A stretch of 53,222 nucleotides of DNA. Source: a virus. Lineage: Duplodnaviria > Caudoviricetes. Each line of letters starts with the position of its first letter. The first letter of the stretch is position 1. The DNA is taken from the IMG/VR virus record IMGVR_UViG_3300014501_000024, positions 1 through 53,222 of that record. One strand, written 5' to 3'. This document shows, in pieces, positions 46,601 to 53,222 of the stretch. A model generated the notes under the pieces. That model searched no databases, had not been told where the DNA came from, and saw only the letters and a list, made by a program, of their open reading frames with translations. Position numbers and translations under genes: made by a program.

Positions 46601-47770
46601 ACCATGAATGCCAGCGCCCACGCGACCGACGTGATGAACAAGAGCGTCATTGCCAAGGCCGCGTTCGATCTGGAGATGCGCAAATCTGGCGGCGACGTAG
46701 ACCATTCCGTGGCCTATGCGGTCGAGCAGCTGCGTCAGGTCACACCGAACTATAACCTCGGCAACAAGGCGCGCGTGACCACCTCTCGGGGGTTCCTCGG
46801 CCACGCCGCCGCACCCGTGACGCAGTTTAAAAACTACGGGCTGCACATGTACGGGGTGATGGGCAACCTGGTCAAAGCGTCGATGAACGGCGCCACACCA
46901 CAAGAGCGCTGGGAGGCAAAGAAACAATTCGCCGGCGTACTCGCCACCCACGCGATGATGGCGGGCAGCCTGACCCTGATCGCCGACCCACTGCGATATA
47001 TCGGCGGCCTATGGGACTACTTCACCTCGACTGACCACAAGCCGCACGACCGCGAGGCGGCGATAAGAGGTTGGATGGATGACACCTTCGGAAAGGAAGC
47101 AGGCGAGGTCCTGGCCCGTGGCGTCCCCCAGGCGCTGGGCATTGACCTGCACCGCCGTGTCGGCCTGGCCAATCTCTTGGAGATGCCGGACTTGCCCTCG
47201 TTCGACACCAAGGGCGTCGGCGCCATGATGGGCCAGGCGCTCATGGGGGCGGCCGGGCAGGACGCTGGGAACGCCATGAAAGGGTTCTCCCAGGCATTGC
47301 ACGGCGACATCCTCGGCGGGATCAAGGCCCTGGCGCCGCGCCCGGTGCGCGATGTGATCAGCGCGATCGGCCTGTCCAGCCAGGGCGTGACCGACAGCGG
47401 GGGTAAATCCGTCCTGCCTGCCAGCAGCATTACGCCGCTCGATGTCGGCGCGCAGGCGCTGGGCTTCCAGCCGTCGCGGGTGAGCGAGTTCCGCGAGGGG
47501 CGCGAGGCGGTGATCCAAGCCCAGCAGGACGCCAAGGACGAGCACGCGCAGCTTGAACAGCGCTGGCTCGCGGCTAAGGGCGGCGACAAGGCGGCGGTGA
47601 TGTCCGAGATCCGGGTGTTCAGCCAGAAACATCCCGCAATGCGCATCACGGTGGATCAGCTGATGAAGCTCCAGGCCGCCGCGAAGAAGCCGACGGGTCC
47701 GTTCGGGCTCAAGATGAACCCAGCGCAAGCCAAGGAGTTTGGCCCAGCCGGCGCGTTCGCCAACCAGTGA
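40643..47770 (+). CDS. very large internal virion / polyvalent protein (zincin HExxH and PLxRFG-like domains)
   Basis: 2375 aa; Gly/Ala-rich hydrophobic N-terminus; LLHEALH...HE; YFQLGRFGNY. Confidence 0.75.
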   Translation: MSDSAAADDYQDYIEQSQQAASAPVAPALPTPTQGIPSSRWTPPTPGDTSRWQPPGQAAAPPPQDAPDAQLSTIGPAEKPAGSNQGTLKDFGDQVWTGVLGLGQDAVGAARFANQQLGADPTIAAHLDAANTAVTDHIAATIGGMSATAQQAMHASIFNDGSDPNAPTWGQAGYVRTAAATIAGLVPQIALALIPGTVIGKVAVKLATLAGAGADVAGVAATAATATSAATDAVPAVTGLASKIGTAASAATTAGSFGTTDAGQAWNQIVDGVDKATPEQMAQSPVYQHLRDTGLSDIDARKQLLSTPGLAANVAMHFAAGAVAGSGVGGLLKEGALGAAGRGVLARTAIGAGEGGVVMGGQAGADTALGQQAGTITGTGPGYDASETAKAVAGGFLGGALMGGVAGVIHGRPDTATKLTGPNAAGMNSDVAAALNEQLPQPTKQGELDLSQVSPGAPAGQAQGDMFRTTQQANPGSGPGKPMDAVPGARPQNQRAGDAPTPPGRLPMTDTASGPAPSPPPPPSIDYAATQTQARAAGMAPGATQAPSDLRPAAPIADPRTGATPGSQGELFRERSAGDSPSSLPLTDGRPSQPPPAAGSPPEPPPTPPPIPPAPASTMPTGVKALRTALIGLGEKAPDVNRLKADDLQRRWQSLQPAVGDAGQKTPDLVSPPSARSAVADTEPGGRTSSTDPVDTATPANQAVSAPAGSSGLPEPKTAPKKTTVVKADVRSNPDVSSVEPTPEVKSNPVVNPVEPTPEVKPLTKGEQLRADATAKRAQQKARLAEQSPKPLASGKAYVDTGEAVTPKASVETKPAPVEETRTPVQVISKIRDAATKAARSQGLSEDMVKSWMSDVAKVIQGTHSEIEAHEALAKWGEEKTPAAEGSKIQRPRVADQMMRLLTGKGLDSRRALNDEIRGEAGKDRSVYEDQGVARGDITEHDAPASDTTAGGEKTRAIATTNKERILSDLEQKIREGSLDVTQAEARYGEQPKGPGAPRKFKSVVEYLTKRLAAPAGSDLHEADPAVRDHIATALSEHQKETADPVGYALARENARTEAAEAKASQADLARQQEIRSRAVSNETLAAEREAEHAPAPLDNAEAARKARVAAMQARMAAEGKPLYRRVVDRPREDALTPASSRYAQAVNEPRINNFLRDQVSAREAAGGTYGLHEGLDAIIQHASGPDAGPMRALATNLRKWAPNLPVRHAEMGEGVEGAYYRNTDGTPGHIALNPDGSDHVQTLLHEALHTVTADHIDHLLDADPNHPELQALRAIGDELRGHGGVGADAPTNPHELHTELLTNPELQKFAASRVASPDFRARMRELGFPPREQGRSVWQSFKDWMRNAVGLPKVASASEDTLLDHIMRPLQDITQRAIEHNAREGLPQDPVLRAQAEPLYRTVSSTMGDAGDKMRAAIPSRGAIMDKLRPALLAASTTDAIHTWNKALFDKLQNFTFSNPLTRYRDANEAVQHSTKAFHNQFGDRADGLVKQSQGLSAPERATLGQLMNEATIGNVRLGAGLKADANDHLTAKQQAKLPGLQARFDALNDKQKTLYSGMRDYYRETDKVERAAELKGVLTRAFPDATEAQREAFAKGSSTNDGFAKFLADPDNSDIAKSYGDEWGARRSLAVNLAKALDVGRVKGDYFQLGRFGNYVVKYGEKDAGTYGVEMFEHRGEADARRAELASQGVANLDQVAIKDQSAMREMMRADPLANAIHDGMKADPSLKAHADEVQDMINKILLRAHTRSETARVARKGIAGASVDFPRVMARDFVNTASRVGHMEHGGERYKALSDMRLVARDLERNGAAGEGIAARQVGDELEKKATTQDDDGGILAGAARTANSFGYVQSLMSFSHMLTSSIEAHMNSTSLLGGRHGLGNTSLALGKAMREIAPTMIKTGAVNTMKAFAKGLKAADWDLANHARDRLIQANPTQAAGITKLFTALDRAGLGNHTQAAEMRRIANPSGVATSRLAQGFQRFSNTMNASAHATDVMNKSVIAKAAFDLEMRKSGGDVDHSVAYAVEQLRQVTPNYNLGNKARVTTSRGFLGHAAAPVTQFKNYGLHMYGVMGNLVKASMNGATPQERWEAKKQFAGVLATHAMMAGSLTLIADPLRYIGGLWDYFTSTDHKPHDREAAIRGWMDDTFGKEAGEVLARGVPQALGIDLHRRVGLANLLEMPDLPSFDTKGVGAMMGQALMGAAGQDAGNAMKGFSQALHGDILGGIKALAPRPVRDVISAIGLSSQGVTDSGGKSVLPASSITPLDVGAQALGFQPSRVSEFREGREAVIQAQQDAKDEHAQLEQRWLAAKGGDKAAVMSEIRVFSQKHPAMRITVDQLMKLQAAAKKPTGPFGLKMNPAQAKEFGPAGAFANQ

Positions 47771-47832
47771 ACTTTACCAGCGCTTACTACGGTCGTAAAA
47801 GATGAACCAGAACCCAAGGAAGCCTGACGATC

Positions 47833-48090
47833 ATGGCGGCACCCAGCCACGCCTCCTATGTCCGCAATCGGAAACTATACCTGGACCGGGAAGCCTCACC
47901 CGAGGGGGTGAAGAAGCGCGTCCTGCGCGACCAGGCCCGCACCCAGGCGATCAAGACGGGGAAGCTGAGCGGCAAGTCGGACCCGCGCGAGGCCGATCAC
48001 AAAGTTTCGTTGAGCAAAGGCGGGGGGAATAGTCCCGCCAATATCGGGGTCAAGACGCCCACGGAGAATAGGAAGAAATTCAACCACTGA
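47833..48090 (+). CDS. small HNH-like protein
   Basis: EADHKVSLSKGGGN...N......NR. Confidence 0.65.
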   Translation: MAAPSHASYVRNRKLYLDREASPEGVKKRVLRDQARTQAIKTGKLSGKSDPREADHKVSLSKGGGNSPANIGVKTPTENRKKFNH

Positions 48091-48347
48091 CGCACTCTTA
48101 CAATCTCACAAGGTATTCTTAAACGGTGGTTTCTAGGTGTCGGCGAGGTTTGTTGGACAACTAACACGAGCCAGTTTGTAGAACATGCACGGAACATCCT
48201 GCTCGCCGTTTCCGCCCCAGCCGCATGTCGGGCACCCGCGCTCGCCAGCGTATCCCGGCTCACCCCGTGTGTTGTCGTTGCCGCACCAATGGCACTGGCG
48301 CGCAGCACTAAACGCCAGAGCAACAGCGGTTCTGGGGGCCTCGGCAC

Positions 48348-48620
48348 TCACTCAAAGTCCTCCAGGTCTAGGGTCTCAGCAGGCAACAGCGCCGCGCTTG
48401 CGCCTTGTCGGGAAAGGCTGAACCATGTCCCGGTCGATGTGCTAGATCCAACCGTTGCAAGCCCTCTACACACCATCTCGCGCCATACGCCTTCAAGCGG
48501 CGGGGCAGCAAGAAAGCGGTTTCGGTATGATCGCATCAGATTGTTGGGTAGGCCGAGAGCATGACGTGCAAGCTCAAGCTGTTCGGCTGTCAGGTCGGCG
48601 GTTTTGGAGGCGTCGGTCAT
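48348..48620 (-). CDS. hypothetical protein
   Basis: ARHALGL...SYRNRF motif; ATGA overlap. Confidence 0.6.
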   Translation of the reverse strand: MTDASKTADLTAEQLELARHALGLPNNLMRSYRNRFLAAPPLEGVWREMVCRGLATVGSSTSTGTWFSLSRQGASAALLPAETLDLEDFE

Positions 48621-48823
48621 GCGCGCTGCCCCCGGATCAGCGCCAGCACCTTTTCAGCGTGCGGCACATAAAGTTGCCATAGCGCCACTTTTGCATCTGT
48701 CTCAGGATCTCGCCGACCGTCGTCCGGACTCAGCGGTCCGATCTCTGCCGGGTAGAGTGGGTCAATGCAGATGATGCGGGCGATTTGCTCAATCAAGTCG
48801 GCAGTTTCAGAGGCTTCGGTCAC
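48617..48823 (-). CDS. hypothetical protein
   Basis: probable GTG start at 48823. Confidence 0.45.
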   Translation of the reverse strand: MTEASETADLIEQIARIICIDPLYPAEIGPLSPDDGRRDPETDAKVALWQLYVPHAEKVLALIRGQRA

Positions 48824-49112
48824 GGTCCGATCCCTAAGTTTGTTTCGCATACGATGCCGGAAAGAGCACGCCAGCAAACGGACGGTTGCAGCGATGGCCG
48901 GGGCGAGAGGCTAGTCTGCATCACTTGCGACAGTCTGCAATATCAATTAGCATTTAGCCATGGTCGAATAACAGGTGCAAAATGGCAACATTGTTACGTC
49001 GTCTTGTGCTAGAGCGACGGTACTCGGTTGGTGAAATATTCGCATCAACTGCGTTTGGTTGCATAATAGGGCTGCTCTGCTCGATCATTGTTGAAGTGTT
49101 TGTGGGGCACCT

Positions 49113-49337
49113 ATGAGAGCGTCAGCCGTAAGCCGAGCACCGACCACGGATTTACCCGACGGCACCTTCGACAACTTCGCGGAGTGGCTCGCCAAGGGCT
49201 CGCGCTCGACGGCGAATGGCATGATCCGGTGCGAAGACTCGCGCGGGCGCCAGCTCGGCACCTACAGCGACTTCATGATGGCGCGCGACAATAAGACGTT
49301 CCCGGTCAGCTTCTGGAGAGTGCGACCAAGAAAATAA
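49113..49337 (+). CDS. hypothetical protein on the opposite strand to its neighbours
   Basis: GC3-rich codon usage; AT-rich upstream region. Confidence 0.5.
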   Translation: MRASAVSRAPTTDLPDGTFDNFAEWLAKGSRSTANGMIRCEDSRGRQLGTYSDFMMARDNKTFPVSFWRVRPRK

Positions 49338-49367
49338 GGGTTGTTTTACCCTACTGGTTGTCTAGGG

Positions 49368-49778
49368 TTAACAGGCGTTGGCGCTCTCCCATTCGCACTC
49401 GCGGACATCCTTGCGGGCCTGCTCGATCGGATCTGGATCGCCGTCAATAAACGCTTCACCTGCGATCTCGCCGGCCCACTCGCATGCGTTGTCATCGGTC
49501 CAACCTCGGCTTAGCCCAAAGCGAACGAACTCAGTGATGTAGGCGACTTTCCAGTCAGTCTCAAACGCCTCGTTGAGCTGATCCCAGGTGTCTCCATCGA
49601 CCCCGGCCACGGCCGCACGGCGGGCTTTCCAGCATGTGGTTCTGGACACTACCTGCTGTGCCGCGTAGGTGGCCTGTTGCGCCATCTGTATCTCGATCAT
49701 CCAGGGGATGTCACACATGCTCGGGATGAGATCGTGCGGGTCTGGCCACGCCACGGTTCCAACGGGTCCGTCACTCAC
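49368..49778 (-). CDS. hypothetical protein
   Basis: ORF track; overlaps the upstream gene. Confidence 0.55.
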   Translation of the reverse strand: MSDGPVGTVAWPDPHDLIPSMCDIPWMIEIQMAQQATYAAQQVVSRTTCWKARRAAVAGVDGDTWDQLNEAFETDWKVAYITEFVRFGLSRGWTDDNACEWAGEIAGEAFIDGDPDPIEQARKDVRECEWESANAC

Positions 49779-50133
49779 GGTTCAGCACCGTATGGACCGC
49801 CTCGATCTCGGTTGGGTATGCAATCTGTATGGCGCGAGCGACCGCGGCGAAAGTCTCTTGCGCATCCGAGTTGCCATCTTCAGCGGCATGTAAAGCGTCA
49901 ACGCACGCCTTGATGTAGGCGTCCTGCATCTTGGTGCGGGCGACCGTCATAGCTCTGAGCGCCGCCAACATGGCTTCCGCCTCGGACATCGTCGGCTGGG
50001 CGTCTCCCTCAAGGGTTGCCACAAGTCGATCTGGATGGCCCGCTTGACGAGCCAAGATAGCGTGTGGCCTGGGTGTTGCCAGCGGCCGTTGATACAACTC
50101 ATAATGCACGGGTGGCTCATTGGTCGTGCTCAT
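49771..50133 (-). CDS. hypothetical protein
   Basis: GAGGAG RBS. Confidence 0.6.
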   Translation of the reverse strand: MSTTNEPPVHYELYQRPLATPRPHAILARQAGHPDRLVATLEGDAQPTMSEAEAMLAALRAMTVARTKMQDAYIKACVDALHAAEDGNSDAQETFAAVARAIQIAYPTEIEAVHTVLNRE

Positions 50134-50144
50134 TGCCGCTCCTC

Positions 50145-53100
50145 TTAGGGTTTGGATTTGGATGCCACACCTGGGATCAGGTTAGGATTGAGAGGCGCCG
50201 CGGTCGTGGCGCCGGCATGCTGCGCGGCCTGCTGGGCGCTGGCACTCGGGTCGACGTAGAGATACCCGGCCAGCTCGAGGATCTTCAAGGGCACGTCCAC
50301 GCAATAGATCTGCCCGCCGCCAAACCCGGTGCCGGCCGCGATCGAGCGCCGCCCGGTCGAGGCACCCCAAACATGGCCCATGCTTTCGATCACGTCGCTC
50401 GGGGGTAGGTTGCGCTTGCGGCACCACTCGTTGAGCACCGCACGGTTGATCCGAAGCACCTGCTCCTGCTGCGCCACATGCACGTCCACGCGGTTGCGAT
50501 CCTGCGGATACCACTTCACGAAATCCGCCGGCAGCTTTTTGGGGCCCGGTGCCGCGAACCATTGGGTGACCAGCTTGTGGCGCAAGCTGTCCGCCATGAA
50601 GGTGCCGAGCACCTGCTCTAGATCGTAGCCCGACGCTGACACCGTCACCGCGGTGAGCCGCACGCGGCGCATGCGCAGGAATTGATCGCAGAGGAAGTGC
50701 TTCAAACCGACGGTGTCGAATTTGGTGAGTTTTAAATGGTTGGCGATTTTCGCGCCAGCCAGTATCGTCGCCATGCCCGCGATGTAGAACCGTTCGGCTT
50801 GCTCAGCCACCAGTTCCTTGTTCAGCATGTCCTTGATCGCGCACACGACATCGTCGGTCTTGGTGTAGTTCATCGCGATCCACTTGGCGTATATCCGTCC
50901 CGCACTACCGTAGTTATTCTTGGTCAGCGCGATGATACGCGCCGCCTTGGAGGTGTCGGGCACGCTGGGCACGGTGATCGCGAACTCGAACAGCCGCACC
51001 GCGCCGGCGTCGGTGCCGTCGGTCTTGGCGACGATGTGATCCATCAACGGATAGTTGCTGGCGCTGATCAGGATCGTGTCCCACTCGCCCACTTCCTTCA
51101 TGGATGAGTCCGCGTTGAGCCGGCCCTTGCCCTTGCCCTGTGACAAACTCAGCGCGAGGTTGACCATCTTGTCGGAGTTCTCCGACCCCACCTTCATCTC
51201 GTCCCAGTAGCAAGGCATGGCGCGGGATTGGGCGATCTTCGCGAACACGAAATTGTTGGTGTCATCCACGGCATTGAGCGACACCGCCGCCGACCACACG
51301 CTCAGTCCCAGTTTGATCGAGCTGGTTTTGCCCACGGCCGATTGGCGCGACCACGCGCTGACCGCGATGCCGGCATGACCGGTGAACACCATGAGCGGTG
51401 CGCCGAAGCTGGCGGCGATGATGGTCTGGAGATCGAGCCGCCCGGCGCTCACGAAGTCGCACGCCTGCTGCCACTTGGATAACTCGCCCATCGGCCTGTA
51501 GGCATGCACCAGTTGCGCGTCGCCGCCGGGGGTGGCTTCCTCGCGGCCGTCCGCCCGGTAGAGCGTGCCGCCGACGCTGAACCCGACATGGTTGCCCTTG
51601 TGGTCGTGTGCCCAGCCGAACGGATGAATGGTTTCCGTGCGCTCGGCATGTTCCTCTCGCAGCTTGTCCATCCAGCCCAAGACGAAAGCCCTCCAGTGCA
51701 ACTCGGTGTTTGGCATTAGCGTCACGTTCTGCGGATCGAACAGGGCGTAGATCGCCGCGCTCTCGGGCTTGAGCTGCGCGCCACTCGCTCGCACGACGAA
51801 CATCTTGCTGGCGCGCGTGTAGGAAAACGTGATCGCGTAGCCACCGAACGGAAGCGCGTCCAGGATCGGCGCGCTGACATCGCCCTTGAGGATGGGGATC
51901 CAGATGGGGCCGTTCTTGGTCGGCACCTGAGCCTCGATACCACGCGGACCGCGACGGAAATAGTCGGGCAGATCGCCATCCTCGATGCCCAAATCCCACG
52001 GCGAATGCACGCGGCCGAAATGCGGGCAGGTCTGGCACACACCGGGACGCGCCACTTCGTAATGGCCGCATGAGGGGGGCCCGAAATTCTTGGCAGTATG
52101 CTCGCGCCCGATGCGAGCGAACTCGCTGTCCACCTCGTGCGCTTTGTAGCGTGGGTCGCCGTCGCTGATCGGATGAATGAACTGCGAGCCGTCGATCGTC
52201 ATCGACGCCAGGGTCAGATGTCCCAGCAGCCAGAGCGGCCTCGGGTCGCCGTTACCGTGGTTGGCCAGCGATTGCTCGACCTGCTTGCACTCGGTCGCGA
52301 TGCGCGCGAACTCGCGTGGGGCGGCGCGGGGCGGCAGGTTGGCCAGCGTGTTGGCGCCCATGTTGGCGCCCACGCCAGCGTTGCTAAAGATTGCGTGGAC
52401 GTTGGCATTGCCACTGCCGCCCAACGCCGCCGCCATGCCCGACGCCATACCCGCTTGGGCCTGCCCCTGGACCACCTGGGTGGCTTGCGCTTGGGCCTGT
52501 GCCGCTTTGGGCATCAGCCCCACGTAGGGCTGGAGCGCCGCCAGCACGAGCGTGTTGGGGTAGTCCGCCGCCGCCAGCCGGGGGATCGTCTCGACTGGAA
52601 CGCCGGCGTTCGCGCCGGCTTTGAAATTCTGCGTGCCGGGGGGTCGGAGTATGCGTGCCGCGTCGGCGCTGAGCCCGGCGTCGCCGGTGAAGCCGTGCTT
52701 GATCAGCGCGGCTTTGAGCGCGTCGGCGTACGGCTGCCAGTCAGCAACCGCGAGATCATCCTCCAACAGCCAGTACGCATGGATGCCATAGCCCGATGAC
52801 ACCGCGAGGTTGGGCCTGGGTAACCCCGACGCCGCCAGGAACCCGGCCAGCCATTTGAGCGCGTCGGGGCGGGTTGCGAATACCCGTGTGGGATCCTTCT
52901 TGTCGCCGGCCCGTTTGACATCCATGTCCAGCCAGAACGCCTTGAGCCGATGGGCATTCTCCTGCGTCCTTGGGCCTTTGAACTTGGGCTGCCCTTGTTT
53001 GTCCTGACCGTCCGCGAGGGCCTTGGAGTAGGACGCCACGGCATGGAAGGTGTCGTTGCCGAATTTCGCCATCGCGCGGACGAAACCACCTGCCCGATGG

Positions 53101-53216
53101 GCCGATGCGGCTGGGAAAAATCGGTGAGAAAAATGATTGGCGCCGGGTTTCGACCAGGCAATTACTACGTAGTTGCCCGGTGCAACAACGCGGGAAATAA
53201 ATTGATCGGTATCCAC
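50145..53216 (-). CDS. primase-helicase (RepB-like AEP primase, Cys-rich domain, DUF927/P-loop helicase)
   Basis: FWLDMD, SSGYGIHAYW, DAARILRPPGT.NFK; C..C..CQTC; QSAVGKT, WDE, GKGKGRL, NYG.AG. Confidence 0.85.
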   Translation of the reverse strand: MDTDQFISRVVAPGNYVVIAWSKPGANHFSHRFFPAASAHRAGGFVRAMAKFGNDTFHAVASYSKALADGQDKQGQPKFKGPRTQENAHRLKAFWLDMDVKRAGDKKDPTRVFATRPDALKWLAGFLAASGLPRPNLAVSSGYGIHAYWLLEDDLAVADWQPYADALKAALIKHGFTGDAGLSADAARILRPPGTQNFKAGANAGVPVETIPRLAAADYPNTLVLAALQPYVGLMPKAAQAQAQATQVVQGQAQAGMASGMAAALGGSGNANVHAIFSNAGVGANMGANTLANLPPRAAPREFARIATECKQVEQSLANHGNGDPRPLWLLGHLTLASMTIDGSQFIHPISDGDPRYKAHEVDSEFARIGREHTAKNFGPPSCGHYEVARPGVCQTCPHFGRVHSPWDLGIEDGDLPDYFRRGPRGIEAQVPTKNGPIWIPILKGDVSAPILDALPFGGYAITFSYTRASKMFVVRASGAQLKPESAAIYALFDPQNVTLMPNTELHWRAFVLGWMDKLREEHAERTETIHPFGWAHDHKGNHVGFSVGGTLYRADGREEATPGGDAQLVHAYRPMGELSKWQQACDFVSAGRLDLQTIIAASFGAPLMVFTGHAGIAVSAWSRQSAVGKTSSIKLGLSVWSAAVSLNAVDDTNNFVFAKIAQSRAMPCYWDEMKVGSENSDKMVNLALSLSQGKGKGRLNADSSMKEVGEWDTILISASNYPLMDHIVAKTDGTDAGAVRLFEFAITVPSVPDTSKAARIIALTKNNYGSAGRIYAKWIAMNYTKTDDVVCAIKDMLNKELVAEQAERFYIAGMATILAGAKIANHLKLTKFDTVGLKHFLCDQFLRMRRVRLTAVTVSASGYDLEQVLGTFMADSLRHKLVTQWFAAPGPKKLPADFVKWYPQDRNRVDVHVAQQEQVLRINRAVLNEWCRKRNLPPSDVIESMGHVWGASTGRRSIAAGTGFGGGQIYCVDVPLKILELAGYLYVDPSASAQQAAQHAGATTAAPLNPNLIPGVASKSKP

Positions 53217-53222
53217 TAGGTA

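Noticed and set aside
51325-51351. Atypical Walker A (SRQSAVGKT) suggesting an inactive helicase
   Set aside because: GKT, Walker B (WDE) and Arg-finger-like motifs are retained; likely family variation
1-53222. tRNA/rRNA genes, integrase, cas genes, DNA or RNA polymerase
   Set aside because: None recognised by eye; the window appears to be an incomplete genome

Overview
The window is a large part of a GC-rich tailed dsDNA phage genome. It is podovirus-like: it has a portal, a P22/N4-like coat, tubular tail proteins and three ejection proteins, and no tape measure protein. The host is probably an alphaproteobacterium, possibly Acetobacteraceae-like (inference). Layout: a leftward early region with an AAA-ATPase/vWA-metallopeptidase module and small ORFs (1-7.9 kb); a divergent control region (7.9-8.4 kb); HTH genes and a lysis cassette (8.4-14.8 kb); a leftward terminase operon containing an endonuclease VII gene (14.8-18.0 kb); a rightward head/tail/ejection operon (18.1-48.1 kb); and leftward replication genes ending in a primase-helicase (48.3-53.2 kb). 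Main observations: (1) a cas-less, type I-E-like repeat-spacer-repeat mini-array at 13224-13313 whose spacer matches the phage's own wHTH gene (9292-9323), with synonymous mismatches and an adjacent AAG; (2) adjacent GH5 and GH48 cellulase genes with intact catalytic motifs inside the tail module; (3) an Ig-like (ASH) domain apparently split between two genes 3.5 kb apart; (4) two families of dispersed palindromic DNA motifs, TTAC-N7-GTAA mostly at gene boundaries and AACCCGGTT-N3-AACCCGGTT inside coding linkers. All calls come from motif recognition by eye; no database searches were run.
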